From the NCBI GenBank assembly GCA_963760605.1, contig CAVXFA010000040.1, forward strand, positions 16,970 to 80,969: a DNA stretch of 64,000 nucleotides, written 5' to 3'. This document shows, piece by piece, positions 40,642 through 51,010 of this stretch. Below the pieces are notes generated by a model. The model saw nothing but the letters and a program-made list of their open reading frames with translations, had not been told where the DNA came from and searched no databases. Within the stretch, counting starts at the first letter, position 1, and each line of letters starts with the position of its first letter. This DNA is from an uncultured delta proteobacterium (lineage in GTDB: Bacteria > Desulfobacterota > SM23-61). The position numbers and the translations under genes are program-made.

Positions 40642-41738
40642 CGAGAAGGTTCTCCTCCTTTTTCATAGGGGCTCTCGCGTTGGCTGATCGCCAGAGGAGT
40701 GTCTCTTGGAACCTTGGGCATCGAACCCCGCAGCAGCCAGTGATTCTGTAGGCCCTGGATCAGTTTCTCTGCCTCCGCCACACTCTCGTGTGTGGTAGCC
40801 AGGAAATCAGGAATTTCCGGGGCCGCCTTCTTCACATTTCCCGTGATGGCCTTCACATCCTTTGTGATCTCCTTTACATTTTCCGTGATCGCCGGGGCAT
40901 CGCCCGCCGCCTTCTGCACGTCCCCCATGACTTTGGGCAAGTTCGAAGTGGCCTTCTTTACGTCATTTAAAATCTTGGGAACCTCCTTTACCGCCTGGTC
41001 GACCTCAGAAAAAAGTTGGGGGAGGTCTCGGGAGACCTTGGAAGCATTCTGGGTTGTCTCCTCAAGGTTTGCCGCAGACCGACGGATGGCCTCGACTGCC
41101 GCAGTAATCTGCCTTTGCATTTTCTTATCCTGGAGGATGGCCCCTACATTTCCCTGGCCATTTTTCAGCTGGGCGGTGACGAATTCTACGTTCTTCAGTA
41201 AAGCGAAAAGCTCTCCCCTGGGGTCGTTGAGCTTTTCGGCGATGGATCTCACATTTTCCAGGGTCTCATCCAATTTCTTCAACGGCGCCTTGACGTCGAT
41301 CTCCTTTAGCATATCGGTTAGCTCCTTGGGTTCCTCGGAGGCGATGTTTGCCCCTTCCGGCAGGGGTGTTTGGTTTGGTGATCCCACGGTGACCTCTACC
41401 GTCTTGCCGCCGAGGAGTGTGCTGGCGATCGTCGCCTGGGAGTCTTTGCGGATGTAGTTCTTATAGGTCTCCAGCACCTCCAGGGTCAACTCTACTTTAT
41501 TCTGCGGGTTGAGCCGGAGTGATTTCACGGTGCCTACTTCCATCCCGGAGATGGTCACTCCTGTCCCCGGTTTCAGGCCCTGGACCTTATTGAAAACCGC
41601 GGTGTAATGATAGCGCTTCTCAAACCACTTCTGTCCCCGGCCGATGAAAACCAAAGTGACGATGAGAACGGCCAAGGCGGAAATGACGAAGATCCCCGCG
41701 TAACGATCAAAATGCTTGACCCGAAAGTGCATCAGCAT
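40638..41738 (-). CDS. mlaD: MlaD (MCE-domain) protein of the Mla phospholipid transport system
   Basis: 366 aa; N-terminal TM, MCE domain, long coiled-coil C-terminus. Confidence 0.8.
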   Translation of the reverse strand: MLMHFRVKHFDRYAGIFVISALAVLIVTLVFIGRGQKWFEKRYHYTAVFNKVQGLKPGTGVTISGMEVGTVKSLRLNPQNKVELTLEVLETYKNYIRKDSQATIASTLLGGKTVEVTVGSPNQTPLPEGANIASEEPKELTDMLKEIDVKAPLKKLDETLENVRSIAEKLNDPRGELFALLKNVEFVTAQLKNGQGNVGAILQDKKMQRQITAAVEAIRRSAANLEETTQNASKVSRDLPQLFSEVDQAVKEVPKILNDVKKATSNLPKVMGDVQKAAGDAPAITENVKEITKDVKAITGNVKKAAPEIPDFLATTHESVAEAEKLIQGLQNHWLLRGSMPKVPRDTPLAISQRESPYEKGGEPSR

Positions 41739-41763
41739 GGGCTATTCTCCTCAATTCATTCAT

Positions 41764-42498
41764 TCATTCCAATGGAGAACCCGATCTTTGCATCTGCTCT
41801 AGCTTAGCCAGCATTTCCTGGGCGGTGCCCTCGGCCACGATCCGGCCGTGGTCCAAGAAACCAACGCGATCGGCGATGGAAATCGCCGAGAGCCATTCGC
41901 TGGTTGCCATCAGAATGCTCGCCCGCTCTCTCTCCTGATAACTCTTTAAAATTCTAGCGATCAGGGAATCGGCCTCCGCTCCCAAACCTGTGGCCGGTTC
42001 ATCCAGGAAAAGAAGTTCGGGCTCTAAGACCAGAGCTCTGCCCAAAGCTGCTCGCTTGCGCATCCCCAGGCTGAGCTGGGCCGGAATGGAACGGTCGTAT
42101 TTCCGGTCCACTTCACAGAGGTCCATCTTTTCCGATACTTGGGCCTGTACCTTGGACTCCTCCAAGTCGGTGTGATACCGCAGGGGAAGGGCTATGTTGT
42201 CGAAGATCGACATATTGCTGATCAGCGCTGCATCCTGGAAGACGAACCCCATCTTAACCCAGATCGTTTCTAAGGCTTCCTTGGAGGCTGCGGCCAGGTC
42301 GATTCCTTCAATCTCTACCTTTCCCTTCTCGGGTGAGAGAAGGCCGCCTAGGAGTTTAAGAAAGACAGACTTTCCGCTGCCGCTCGCCCCCAGAAGGACG
42401 TAGATCTCTCCCCGGCGCAGCCGGAAGTTCAAGCCCTGGAAGATCTCCCTTCCATCCAAGCGAAAAGAAAGGTCACGGGCCTCCAGAACAATGTCCAT
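41764..42498 (-). CDS. mlaF: ABC transporter ATP-binding protein MlaF
   Basis: Walker A GASGSGKS, ABC signature LSLGMRKR, Walker B LLFLDEP. Confidence 0.85.
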   Translation of the reverse strand: MDIVLEARDLSFRLDGREIFQGLNFRLRRGEIYVLLGASGSGKSVFLKLLGGLLSPEKGKVEIEGIDLAAASKEALETIWVKMGFVFQDAALISNMSIFDNIALPLRYHTDLEESKVQAQVSEKMDLCEVDRKYDRSIPAQLSLGMRKRAALGRALVLEPELLFLDEPATGLGAEADSLIARILKSYQERERASILMATSEWLSAISIADRVGFLDHGRIVAEGTAQEMLAKLEQMQRSGSPLE

Positions 42499-42688
42499 AA
42501 AAACCCTTAAAGAGAATTTTATTCCAAAGATCATTTGCCCCAGAGATCACCGAGAACACCCATTCTCAAATACCTGGAATCATGCTGAGAGAGCAGCTCC
42601 TAAATCGTCCCTCGTTATTTTTTTCTATGATTAAGAAAGTAATTCGTAATTCTCCGTGACCTCTGTGTTCTCTGCGGCGAAAGCATCT

Positions 42689-43555
42689 TTACAAACGGAT
42701 CTCCATCCCCTCGGAGACGGCGAAGCATTCCAAACGAGCCCCGTTGTTCTCGATAATCCGGCGGCAATCTTGCACGATTTCATCGACCTCCGTATCCGTC
42801 CGATCTTGATTATGATGGAACAATCCCAGTTTCTTCGCCTGGGCATCCAGGGCTAACTTCAGGGCGTCTGGATAGGCCGAGTGCCCCCACGTTCTCCTGG
42901 TTTTATAATCTTCTTCGGTGTACTCCGAATCGTGAATGAGCAGGTCCGCCTTGGAGGAAAAGTTCACATAATCGACATAATCGAGCCCGCCCGGGTGTTT
43001 AAAGGCCAGTTCATTATCCGTGAGAAAAACAAAGCACCGGCCATTTTCAACGAACTTATATCCGATCCCCGGATTTGGATGGCTGGTTAAGATAGGAGTC
43101 ACCTCCATGGATTTTATGGAAAAAGTATTCTCGCAGGCCTCCTGGTAGGAAATGTCCGCTTGCACGTTAGCAAAATCTACAGGAAAGTTTGGGGCGGTCA
43201 TTACTTTGGCGATCATTTTTCTCACAGATTCCTGGGTAAAAGGACATCCAAACATGCGGATGGATGTTTCCTTACGGTAGAGGGGCTTAAAAAATGGAAA
43301 TCCTAAAATATGATCCCAATGAGAATGAGTAAAAATCATGTGGTAACGGTACCGTCTTTCTTTGAGCAGATGATTCCCCAGTTTCCGGATCCCCGTCCCC
43401 GCGTCAATGATGATGATCTCATCCTCACGGGTTCTGATTTCCAGGCAGGTCGTATCTCCCCCGTACTTAATATATTCCTGTCCGCAAACAGGGATTGAAC
43501 CTCTCGCTCCCCAGCATCGAATCATCATTTTTTTCTTCCCCTGTTCATCGGGCAA
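42689..43555 (-). CDS. MBL-fold metallo-hydrolase
   Basis: 288 aa; HxHxDH motif (HSHWDH); inserted between mlaF and mlaE. Confidence 0.8.
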   Translation of the reverse strand: MPDEQGKKKMMIRCWGARGSIPVCGQEYIKYGGDTTCLEIRTREDEIIIIDAGTGIRKLGNHLLKERRYRYHMIFTHSHWDHILGFPFFKPLYRKETSIRMFGCPFTQESVRKMIAKVMTAPNFPVDFANVQADISYQEACENTFSIKSMEVTPILTSHPNPGIGYKFVENGRCFVFLTDNELAFKHPGGLDYVDYVNFSSKADLLIHDSEYTEEDYKTRRTWGHSAYPDALKLALDAQAKKLGLFHHNQDRTDTEVDEIVQDCRRIIENNGARLECFAVSEGMEIRL

Positions 43556-43594
43556 TGACCCCGTTTGTTTTACCTTGCCTCGGTTCGTTAAGAT

Positions 43595-44419
43595 TTACAG
43601 GTAAAACAAGAGGGTTAGCAAGGCGTTACTTATGAAACAGAATAAGATCGCGCTCACCACGCCCCGGGTGGCCACCTGGGGCACTTCGATGCTCGAGTAG
43701 CGCACCCTCAATCCATGATAGGTGCAGGTCAAAGCAATCAGCAAGCCGAAGATGACGCTCTTTAGGATTCCGAAAACCAAGTCCATGGCCTTGAGCGAGG
43801 CCATCAACTCCCTCAGGAAAACCGGCAGGGTGATGGTCAAGATCAGCTTGGAGACGATGAAACCTCCCAACAAGGCCACCACGTTAAAATAGAGGTTGAG
43901 GCAGATGACCGCGATGGTAACGCCGATGATGCGGGGAGCCACGATGAAGTAAATCGGGTTGATCCCCATGGCCTGGATAGCCTCCAGTTCATGGGCCACG
44001 ATCATGTTCCCCAGTTCCGTGGCGATGGCTGTTCCTGACCGCCCGATCACGATGAAGGCCGTGAGCAGAGGGCCCAGTTCTCGGATGATCACCAAGACCA
44101 AGATGGTGATCATGAAGGGCACGCCCCCGAGGAGTTCCATCTGACTTCCCGATTGGACGATGACAATCGTTCCCAAGGTCAACGAGACCAAGGTGACGAC
44201 TTTCAGAGCCTGGACCCCCGTAAAATAGATCTGGCGTAGGGTAAATTCAAAGACCAGGGAGAACCCCTTCTTCCGCTCAAAAATCAGCTCCTTGAAGGTA
44301 AGGTAAAGGAGGGTGGAGAGGTCGAGAAAGACGGACAATCTGTCCCTGCCCCATCCCCCGATGGCTTCCAGAATTTCCGTTGGTTCTTGGCTCAAAACCT
44401 CTGGCAGATCTTTCTCCAT
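43595..44419 (-). CDS. mlaE: ABC transporter permease MlaE
   Basis: 274 aa; MlaE-type permease with about 5 TM helices. Confidence 0.85.
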   Translation of the reverse strand: MEKDLPEVLSQEPTEILEAIGGWGRDRLSVFLDLSTLLYLTFKELIFERKKGFSLVFEFTLRQIYFTGVQALKVVTLVSLTLGTIVIVQSGSQMELLGGVPFMITILVLVIIRELGPLLTAFIVIGRSGTAIATELGNMIVAHELEAIQAMGINPIYFIVAPRIIGVTIAVICLNLYFNVVALLGGFIVSKLILTITLPVFLRELMASLKAMDLVFGILKSVIFGLLIALTCTYHGLRVRYSSIEVPQVATRGVVSAILFCFISNALLTLLFYL

Positions 44420-44609
44420 CCTCCCCCTCTTCGTTCAACGAAAGGGTCAGGAATTCGCTTTATTCGCAAATAAAATATACCATCAACTCCCAGAATTTTC
44501 TAGTAAAATCTTGCCCTGCGGGGAGAAAACGTGCTATCTAAAAAATCCATTTATTCAACGCGGAGAAAGCAGAGAACCCGAGAGTAAGATAAAGTGGAGG
44601 TGAAAAGGG

Positions 44610-45050
44610 GTGAAAAAAATCATCTTCACGCTGGGAAGCAGCAACCGTACCCTTGAAGAGTTCGTTCAGCTCCTTCGAACGAACGCGATTGAGATGGTCA
44701 CGGACGTGCGCAGCTTTCCTACCAGCAAATTTCCCCATTTCAAGAAAGAGGCCCTTTCTCAATCCTTGGGTGAAAAGGGCCTGGGCTACTTTTTTCTGGG
44801 AAAGGAACTGGGAGGATACCGGAAGGGAGGCTATGAGGCTTATACCCAGACCCATGACTATCTGCGGGGCATGGAACTTCTGGAGCGACTGGCATCCAGG
44901 GGTCGATGCGCTCTCCTCTGCGCCGAGCGCTTGCCCTGGCGTTGCCACCGCCGGTTCATCGGGCGAAGTATGCAGGACCGCGGCTGGAAAGTGTGGCATA
45001 TCATAGAAGAAGGGAGAGTTTGGGAGGCTATCAGCCTTCTCGAACCATGA
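44610..45050 (+). CDS. DUF488-family protein
   Basis: 146 aa; typical DUF488 N-terminus (IFTLGSSNRTLEEF). Confidence 0.75.
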   Translation: MKKIIFTLGSSNRTLEEFVQLLRTNAIEMVTDVRSFPTSKFPHFKKEALSQSLGEKGLGYFFLGKELGGYRKGGYEAYTQTHDYLRGMELLERLASRGRCALLCAERLPWRCHRRFIGRSMQDRGWKVWHIIEEGRVWEAISLLEP

Positions 45051-45187
45051 TAGAGTCCAAAAAAGTTTGCCTCCGGGTCGGCTTCTTCCAGAAATCCTAC
45101 AGCGAGATCAACGGGAGGACGTTGCCCGGATCGTTTACCGGTAGGAAGAAGACCTTTCCCCACGGAGGCCCACCTCCAATAATTTGA

Positions 45188-45574
45188 TTGTCACGCCGCA
45201 TAAGGCACAATATAATACAAACCAATGGAGCTTACAGCGCCTCCAAGGCGGCGGCTCATCAAGTCGCCAAGATCGCAGCATTAGAACTGGCCGAATGGGG
45301 AGTCCGCGTCAACAGGATCAATCCAGATGCTGTATTTGGGGACGAAGAGATACCTTCAAAACTATGGGATTTAGTGGGACCAGAACGGATGAAATCCAGG
45401 GGTCTCGATCCGGAAGGCTTGAGGGAGTATTATCGTCAGAGAAGTCTGCTCAAGGTTCGCGTAAGGGCAGAACACGTGGGCAATGCCGTTGTTTTCTTTG
45501 CGAGTGAACAGACCCCCACCACGGGAGCAACCCTCCCGGTAGATGGAGGGAATCCCGCAGCATTTCCGAGATAA
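45188..45574 (+). pseudogene. C-terminal fragment of an SDR-family oxidoreductase (no Rossmann N-terminus)
   Basis: Begins at the catalytic YSASKAA (YxxxK) and RVNRINPD blocks; the N-terminal 120-130 aa of a normal SDR are absent. Confidence 0.55.
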
Positions 45575-45632
45575 TTCTATCGATAAAGTTAGGGGATTGA
45601 TGAAATGAGAGAAAGGGTGCGTTTGATTTGAA

Positions 45633-47234
45633 ATGGTCGCCAATCCTGATTTAGTGTTGCTGCACGCTCCGTCGGTTTACGATTTTCGTAAGCTCCCGAT
45701 CCTCTTCGGACCCATCAGTGACCTCGTTCCTTCCACACCCATATTCGAGATGTACCCGGTGGGCTTCTCCTCTATCGCGGAGCACCTGGAGAGGAATGGA
45801 ATCCATGTACGCATCATCAATCTGGCCCTGCGGATGCTCAAAAAAGAAAATTTCGATGCCGAAAAGTTCATCGCCAAGCTCCATCCGAAAGCCTTCGGCA
45901 TAGACCTCCACTGGCTTCCTCATGCCCAGGGCTCCCTGGAGATTGCCGCCCTCTGCAAAAAATACCATCCCCATACTCCCGTCGTCTTCGGCGGTTATTC
46001 CGCCACGTATTTTCACGAGGAGCTGATCGGTTACCCTCAGGTGGATTTCGTGGTGCGCGGCGATTCCGCAGAAGAGCCACTGCGCCGACTCCTCCTTACC
46101 CTGCAACAAGGAACTTCTTTTGAGGCCATCCCCAATCTGACCTGGAAGGATGAGAAGAATAAGGTACGCATCAACCCTCTGGCGCATATCGTTCCCGCCC
46201 TCGACGAATACTCCAATAACTACCCCCATCTCTTCCGTTCGGCGATGAAATATCTTGACCTGAGGTCTCTAATCCCCATCCACGATTGGTGGGAATATCC
46301 CATCACCGCAGTTATGACTTGCCGAGGATGCACCCACAATTGTGTTATCTGCGGAGGGTCCCGTTATGCCTTGAGTCACTATTGTAGCCGGGAAGCTTGC
46401 GCCTACCGCAGCCCGGATAAGGTCGCTGAGGATATTATTTCCATCTCGAAATACACCAATGCACCCATTTTCATCGTCGGAGATCTGAGGCAAGCAGGGG
46501 ATGATTATGCCCGGACTGTTCTATCCCAAATTCGCCACGCCCGCCCGAGGAATCAGATTGTCCTGGAACTCTTCACCCCGGCTCCGGAATCTTATTTCCA
46601 GGAGGTGTCCGAAGCTCTTCCGCACTTCAATTGCGAAATCTCCCCGGAGTCCCATGATGAGCAGGTGCGGCGGGCCTCTGGAAAATTTTACACCAACGAA
46701 GCGATGGAGAAGTCAATCCGGTTCGCCCTGGACCACGGCTGTTCCAAGCTCGACGTCTTCTTCATGATCGGTCTGCCGCATCAGACCCCGTCTTCGGTCA
46801 TGGGGACCATCGATTATTGCGAACACCTGATGAAAACCTTCGACCGCCGCCTCAACCCGTTCATCTCTCCCTTGGCCCCTTTCCTCGACCCGGGGTCCAT
46901 CGCTTTCGAAAAAGCCGAGGAGATGGGCTATCGGGTGTTCAGTAAAACCTTGGAGGATTACCGGAAGGCCCTTCTGGCGCCGAGTTGGAAGTATACCCTT
47001 AGCTACGAGACAAAATGGATGACCCGCGAGGAGATCGTCGAAAGCTCATACCAGGCCGGGCTTCGTCTCACGCGGTTGAAAGGGCACTTCGGGCTGCTCG
47101 ACGGGGAGACAGCCCGGAAAACGGAAAAACGCATCCTCCTGGCCATGGAGATGATCCGGAAAATCGACGAGATCATCCTGCTTAGCGAACCAGAACGCCA
47201 GCCAGAAGCTCATGGCCTTGAAGGAAACTTTTGA
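45633..47234 (+). CDS. B12-binding-domain radical SAM protein
   Basis: 533 aa; N-terminal B12-binding-like Rossmann region followed by the radical-SAM CxxxCxxC motif (CTHNCVIC). Confidence 0.8.
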   Translation: MVANPDLVLLHAPSVYDFRKLPILFGPISDLVPSTPIFEMYPVGFSSIAEHLERNGIHVRIINLALRMLKKENFDAEKFIAKLHPKAFGIDLHWLPHAQGSLEIAALCKKYHPHTPVVFGGYSATYFHEELIGYPQVDFVVRGDSAEEPLRRLLLTLQQGTSFEAIPNLTWKDEKNKVRINPLAHIVPALDEYSNNYPHLFRSAMKYLDLRSLIPIHDWWEYPITAVMTCRGCTHNCVICGGSRYALSHYCSREACAYRSPDKVAEDIISISKYTNAPIFIVGDLRQAGDDYARTVLSQIRHARPRNQIVLELFTPAPESYFQEVSEALPHFNCEISPESHDEQVRRASGKFYTNEAMEKSIRFALDHGCSKLDVFFMIGLPHQTPSSVMGTIDYCEHLMKTFDRRLNPFISPLAPFLDPGSIAFEKAEEMGYRVFSKTLEDYRKALLAPSWKYTLSYETKWMTREEIVESSYQAGLRLTRLKGHFGLLDGETARKTEKRILLAMEMIRKIDEIILLSEPERQPEAHGLEGNF

Positions 47235-47444
47235 CCGGGCAAGTATGTCTACGGTTTGCGACAAAAAAGAGATCAAATGGCCCGTCTTCCGCTGGCGTCT
47301 GAATTTTCCCAATATCCTCAGGGCGCTCTTGGCCCGCGACCCGTCTTAAATGAAGCCACCTCGCTCCCCGCTTGGAGGTAAGCATTCTTCTTCGGTCATC
47401 TTCTCCGGGATCTCCAGGCCCATGGGTCCCGAGGTTCAGCCTCC

Positions 47445-48215
47445 TTATATTCTACCCCTTAATTTTGCCCAGGCCAAACCTAGGTATTCGTAAACTGCCG
47501 TTTCCGCATTTCCCAGCTCTCCGACGTTAGGGAAAAACATACCAGGATTTATCCCTGCTTCCTGCTTTTCCCTTACCCCATAGTCTGTCGGGGCGGGGAT
47601 GGGCTGCATACCCAGTTTTCTAAAAAGGGCCATCGATCGGGGCAGGTGGGAAGCGGAGGTGACCAAAACAAAAGGATCGTTTCCAACAATCTTTTTAATG
47701 AGTCTGGCTTCGTCTTCTGTATCTTTCGATAACGTTTCCAAGATCAAGCTCTGCCTGTCGACTCCCAAGGTCAGGGCAACATCCGCCAACACTTTGGCAT
47801 TGGAGACCGGATCGTAGAGGGCCCCCCCGGAAAGAATCAGTTTGCTTCCAGGGAGGGATTTATGAGCTCGGATCCCTTCTACAAGACGGGAAAGGGAGGA
47901 ACCTGAAAGTTGGCTGTTCGGGGGCATCTGTGGATCAGATGTATGGCCCCCACCTAGGACCGCGATCCACCTTACCTCTGCGAGATCTTTAAAGTTTAAA
48001 AGGGGAGGATACCTATATTCCAATGGCTTGAGAAGCATATCGGTGAACGCACCATAACTCAAAAGAATAAGCAAGGTAACCCCTAGGGAAACAATGACCT
48101 TTCCGGCCCTTTTTTTCGGCGTCAACCAAAGCAAGATCAACCCAATGATTAAAATTTCCAGACAGAGGGAAAGGGGAAAGAAGAAAGGCCCAACGATCTT
48201 TTTAAATAGAAACAT
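47445..48215 (-). CDS. YdcF/ElyC (DUF218)-family envelope protein
   Basis: 256 aa; N-terminal TM helices and DUF218-like core. Confidence 0.7.
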   Translation of the reverse strand: MFLFKKIVGPFFFPLSLCLEILIIGLILLWLTPKKRAGKVIVSLGVTLLILLSYGAFTDMLLKPLEYRYPPLLNFKDLAEVRWIAVLGGGHTSDPQMPPNSQLSGSSLSRLVEGIRAHKSLPGSKLILSGGALYDPVSNAKVLADVALTLGVDRQSLILETLSKDTEDEARLIKKIVGNDPFVLVTSASHLPRSMALFRKLGMQPIPAPTDYGVREKQEAGINPGMFFPNVGELGNAETAVYEYLGLAWAKLRGRI

Positions 48216-48409
48216 TTTGCATTACCCCCGTTTTTCATACTCAGTAACCTTATCCTGGAAAAGACCGATGTCGAATTTGGATGGGGAAACCCCCTGCCTG
48301 ATCTGGCAGGTTATCCTGTATATTGCGGAACCTCATCGAGTTTCTTGACAGGCATCCCAGACTGCGGATAGAACTGGGTCTTTTTAAATTAAGTAGCTGC
48401 TCTCCTTAT

Positions 48410-48649
48410 TCACCATGCCTTGCGCAAAATCTCGACGACCTCGCCGACTTCATCAACGGGGCGAGGATTTTCCATCAGTGGCGCCTCATGCATTACAGCC
48501 TCAGCGAGCAAAGAAAAATCAGACTCCTTGACGCCTACCTCTCGCAGACGCGTGGGGCAACCAAGGTCTTTAACCAATCTCCGAACCGACTCAACCGCCG
48601 CCCTGGCCGCCTGTTGGGTACTTCGTTCTCGTTCCCACAATTTTGCCAC
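48410..48649 (-). pseudogene. C-terminal remnant of an iron-containing alcohol dehydrogenase gene
   Basis: 79-aa ORF resembling the last helices of Fe-ADHs (LGCPTRLREVGVKESDFSLLAEAVMHE...ENPRPV); no upstream remainder. Confidence 0.45.
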
Positions 48650-48665
48650 AGCCCAGCCCTCTTTT

Positions 48666-49871
48666 TCAAAGGATGACCTTCTTCTCCCGGAACTGGGCGA
48701 TCTCGCTTGAGCTATAGCCGTACTCTTTTAGGATTTCGTCGGTATGTTCACCTTGTCGTGGCGGATTGCGGCGAATACAAGGCTCTATCCGAGAGAAGGC
48801 CAAAGGAAACCCCACGATCGGGATTTTCCCCTGACGGGGTTGGTCCATTTGCCAGATCATGTTTTGCGCTCTAACCTGGGCATCTTCAAGGGCCTGGTCA
48901 ACTCGGTTGACCGGGGTAGCGGGTACCCCTGCTTCTTCAAGGAGCTTCAGTAAAGGCTTCCGGTTGAAGCGGCCAATGGCCTCTTGCACAATTCTTTCCA
49001 GTTCAACCCGGTTCTTTACCCGCTCGATGTTGGTGGCAAACCGTGGATCTTCCTTCAAAGAAGCCAATCCTATGGCGCCCGCCAGGCGCTTCCAGAGGTT
49101 GTCATTGGCGCCGGCAATAAAAACCCACTGGTCATCAGCGCAACGAAAGTTGCGATAGGGAGAGGTGCCTGGAGCACCTGACCCCAACGCCTTCGGAACA
49201 ACGCCAGCCAGCAAGTAGCCCTGGGCCAGGAAATTGAGCAGCCCGATCGCCGTCCTCAGCAGCGAACCATCAACACGTTGCCCCAAACCAGTATGGGCGC
49301 GTTGGTAAAGAGCGCAAACCGCACCTAAAGCACAGAGGATTCCAGTCGTGAGATCCAAGAAAGCAACCCCGCAGCGTACCGGCGAGCCATCGGGCTCGCC
49401 GGTGATCGACATGACCCCGGTGAAGGCCTGCATGAGCGCCTCATAGCCAGCTTCTTGTGCTCGGGGGCCACTCCGACCGAAGGCCGAAATGGAGCAGTAG
49501 ATCAATTTGGGGTTCATCTCGGAGAGTTTTTCATAACTGAGCCCGAACTCCTCCATAGTGCCGGTGCGAAAGTTTTCGATCAGCACATCGGCCTCTCGCG
49601 CCAGACGACGGATGATTTCCACTCCTTCCGGTTTCTTCATATCAATGGCCATTCCACGCTTGTTGCGGTTATTGACAAGGAAACAGGAAGATTCCCCCTC
49701 TTGGTGGGGTGGCCAGGTACGGACTTCGTCGCCTGCCTTTGTATCTTCCACTTTGATGACGTCAGCGCCCATGTCGCCGAGGATTGCCCCACAAAAGGGT
49801 CCCGCTAAGACCCTCGATAAATCAATCACCCGGATGCCTTCAAGAATAAGATTCGCCGCACTTATGCCCAT
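48666..49871 (-). CDS. Family III CoA-transferase (CaiB/BaiF type)
   Basis: 401 aa; N-terminal GIRVIDLSRVLAGPFCGAILGDMGADVIKVE is diagnostic of family III CoA transferases. Confidence 0.9.
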   Translation of the reverse strand: MGISAANLILEGIRVIDLSRVLAGPFCGAILGDMGADVIKVEDTKAGDEVRTWPPHQEGESSCFLVNNRNKRGMAIDMKKPEGVEIIRRLAREADVLIENFRTGTMEEFGLSYEKLSEMNPKLIYCSISAFGRSGPRAQEAGYEALMQAFTGVMSITGEPDGSPVRCGVAFLDLTTGILCALGAVCALYQRAHTGLGQRVDGSLLRTAIGLLNFLAQGYLLAGVVPKALGSGAPGTSPYRNFRCADDQWVFIAGANDNLWKRLAGAIGLASLKEDPRFATNIERVKNRVELERIVQEAIGRFNRKPLLKLLEEAGVPATPVNRVDQALEDAQVRAQNMIWQMDQPRQGKIPIVGFPLAFSRIEPCIRRNPPRQGEHTDEILKEYGYSSSEIAQFREKKVIL

Positions 49872-49940
49872 ACGTCACGCTCTCCTTACGTACATCTATT
49901 AAAATTCTCAAAGTTTCAGGAGCCTCCGAATATCTGTTCT

Positions 49941-50741
49941 TCATTGGCCTTTGAATATTGGATCTCTTTTCTCAAGGAAGGATCGGACCCCTTCTTCGTG
50001 GTCTGCTGTTCCAAAGAGATGAACAAGAGCAAGAGCTTCATATTGCAACTGACTTGCTAGGTCGGGTGCTCGTAAACCCTGGTAGAGAGCCCGTTTGGAA
50101 ATCGCCAAAGCGAGGGGAGGCATCTGGGCGATTTTTCGGGCCATGGCGTAGGTTTCTTCCATTACCTTCTCCAGGGGAACAACTTTATTTACCAGTCCAA
50201 TTTCTTTAGCTTCCTCGGCATCGATGGTCTGACCGGTGAAGACAAGTTCGCAGGCCTTACCAATCCCAACCAGACGAGGAAGATAATAGGTGGATCCGAA
50301 TTCCGGGAGAATCCCCACCCGCAGGAAGGGAAAGCTAAATTTAGCTGTTGAGGATGCAATGCGGATGTCGCAACCCAAGGCTAATGTACACCCAACCCCC
50401 GCGGCTACGCCATTTATCGCCGCAATCGTAACTTTTCGGACTCGGGAAAGAGCTAAAGCCCCGAGTTCGGAAAATTCCCTCGTAACATCTTTGAGGAACC
50501 CCTTTTTCCGCTGTTCAATCTTGGGTAAAAACCTTTCACGCAGATCGGCACCCGCACAAAAAGCTTTCCCTGCCCCGGTAATGATCACGGTATGAACATC
50601 CTGATCCTGGTCAATAGTCTCAAAACAATTCACCAGTTCTTCGGCCATCTGGTCATTCAAGGCGTTCATTTTATCCGGGCGGTTTAATGTAAGGGTAGCG
50701 ATATTTTCCTTTTTCTCAAAAAGGATTGTGGTGGGCGACAT
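49941..50741 (-). CDS. Enoyl-CoA hydratase/isomerase (crotonase) family protein
   Basis: 266 aa; crotonase blocks (ITGAGKAFCAGADL and oxyanion-hole region). Confidence 0.9.
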   Translation of the reverse strand: MSPTTILFEKKENIATLTLNRPDKMNALNDQMAEELVNCFETIDQDQDVHTVIITGAGKAFCAGADLRERFLPKIEQRKKGFLKDVTREFSELGALALSRVRKVTIAAINGVAAGVGCTLALGCDIRIASSTAKFSFPFLRVGILPEFGSTYYLPRLVGIGKACELVFTGQTIDAEEAKEIGLVNKVVPLEKVMEETYAMARKIAQMPPLALAISKRALYQGLRAPDLASQLQYEALALVHLFGTADHEEGVRSFLEKRDPIFKGQ

Positions 50742-51010
50742 CGTTTACCTCCTGGCAGCCTTGAATTAATTTCACGCGGGAAAATCGTGGGACAACTCCT
50801 CAGAACCGCCCCATCGACCAAAAGAAAGAGGATTAAATTTCAGACGGAATTCCAACAGCAATTTATCAGGATTGCCCTAGAATCCCCTATTTTCTTTATT
50901 CCCTTAACTGCAAATTGCAAAGTCTTTTTGAGCTATGAAGAGCAAAACTCTTCTGTCCCACCCCCCGAATAATTGGGAGATGAATTCTCTTTTTTAGATC
51001 TATTTAAATC

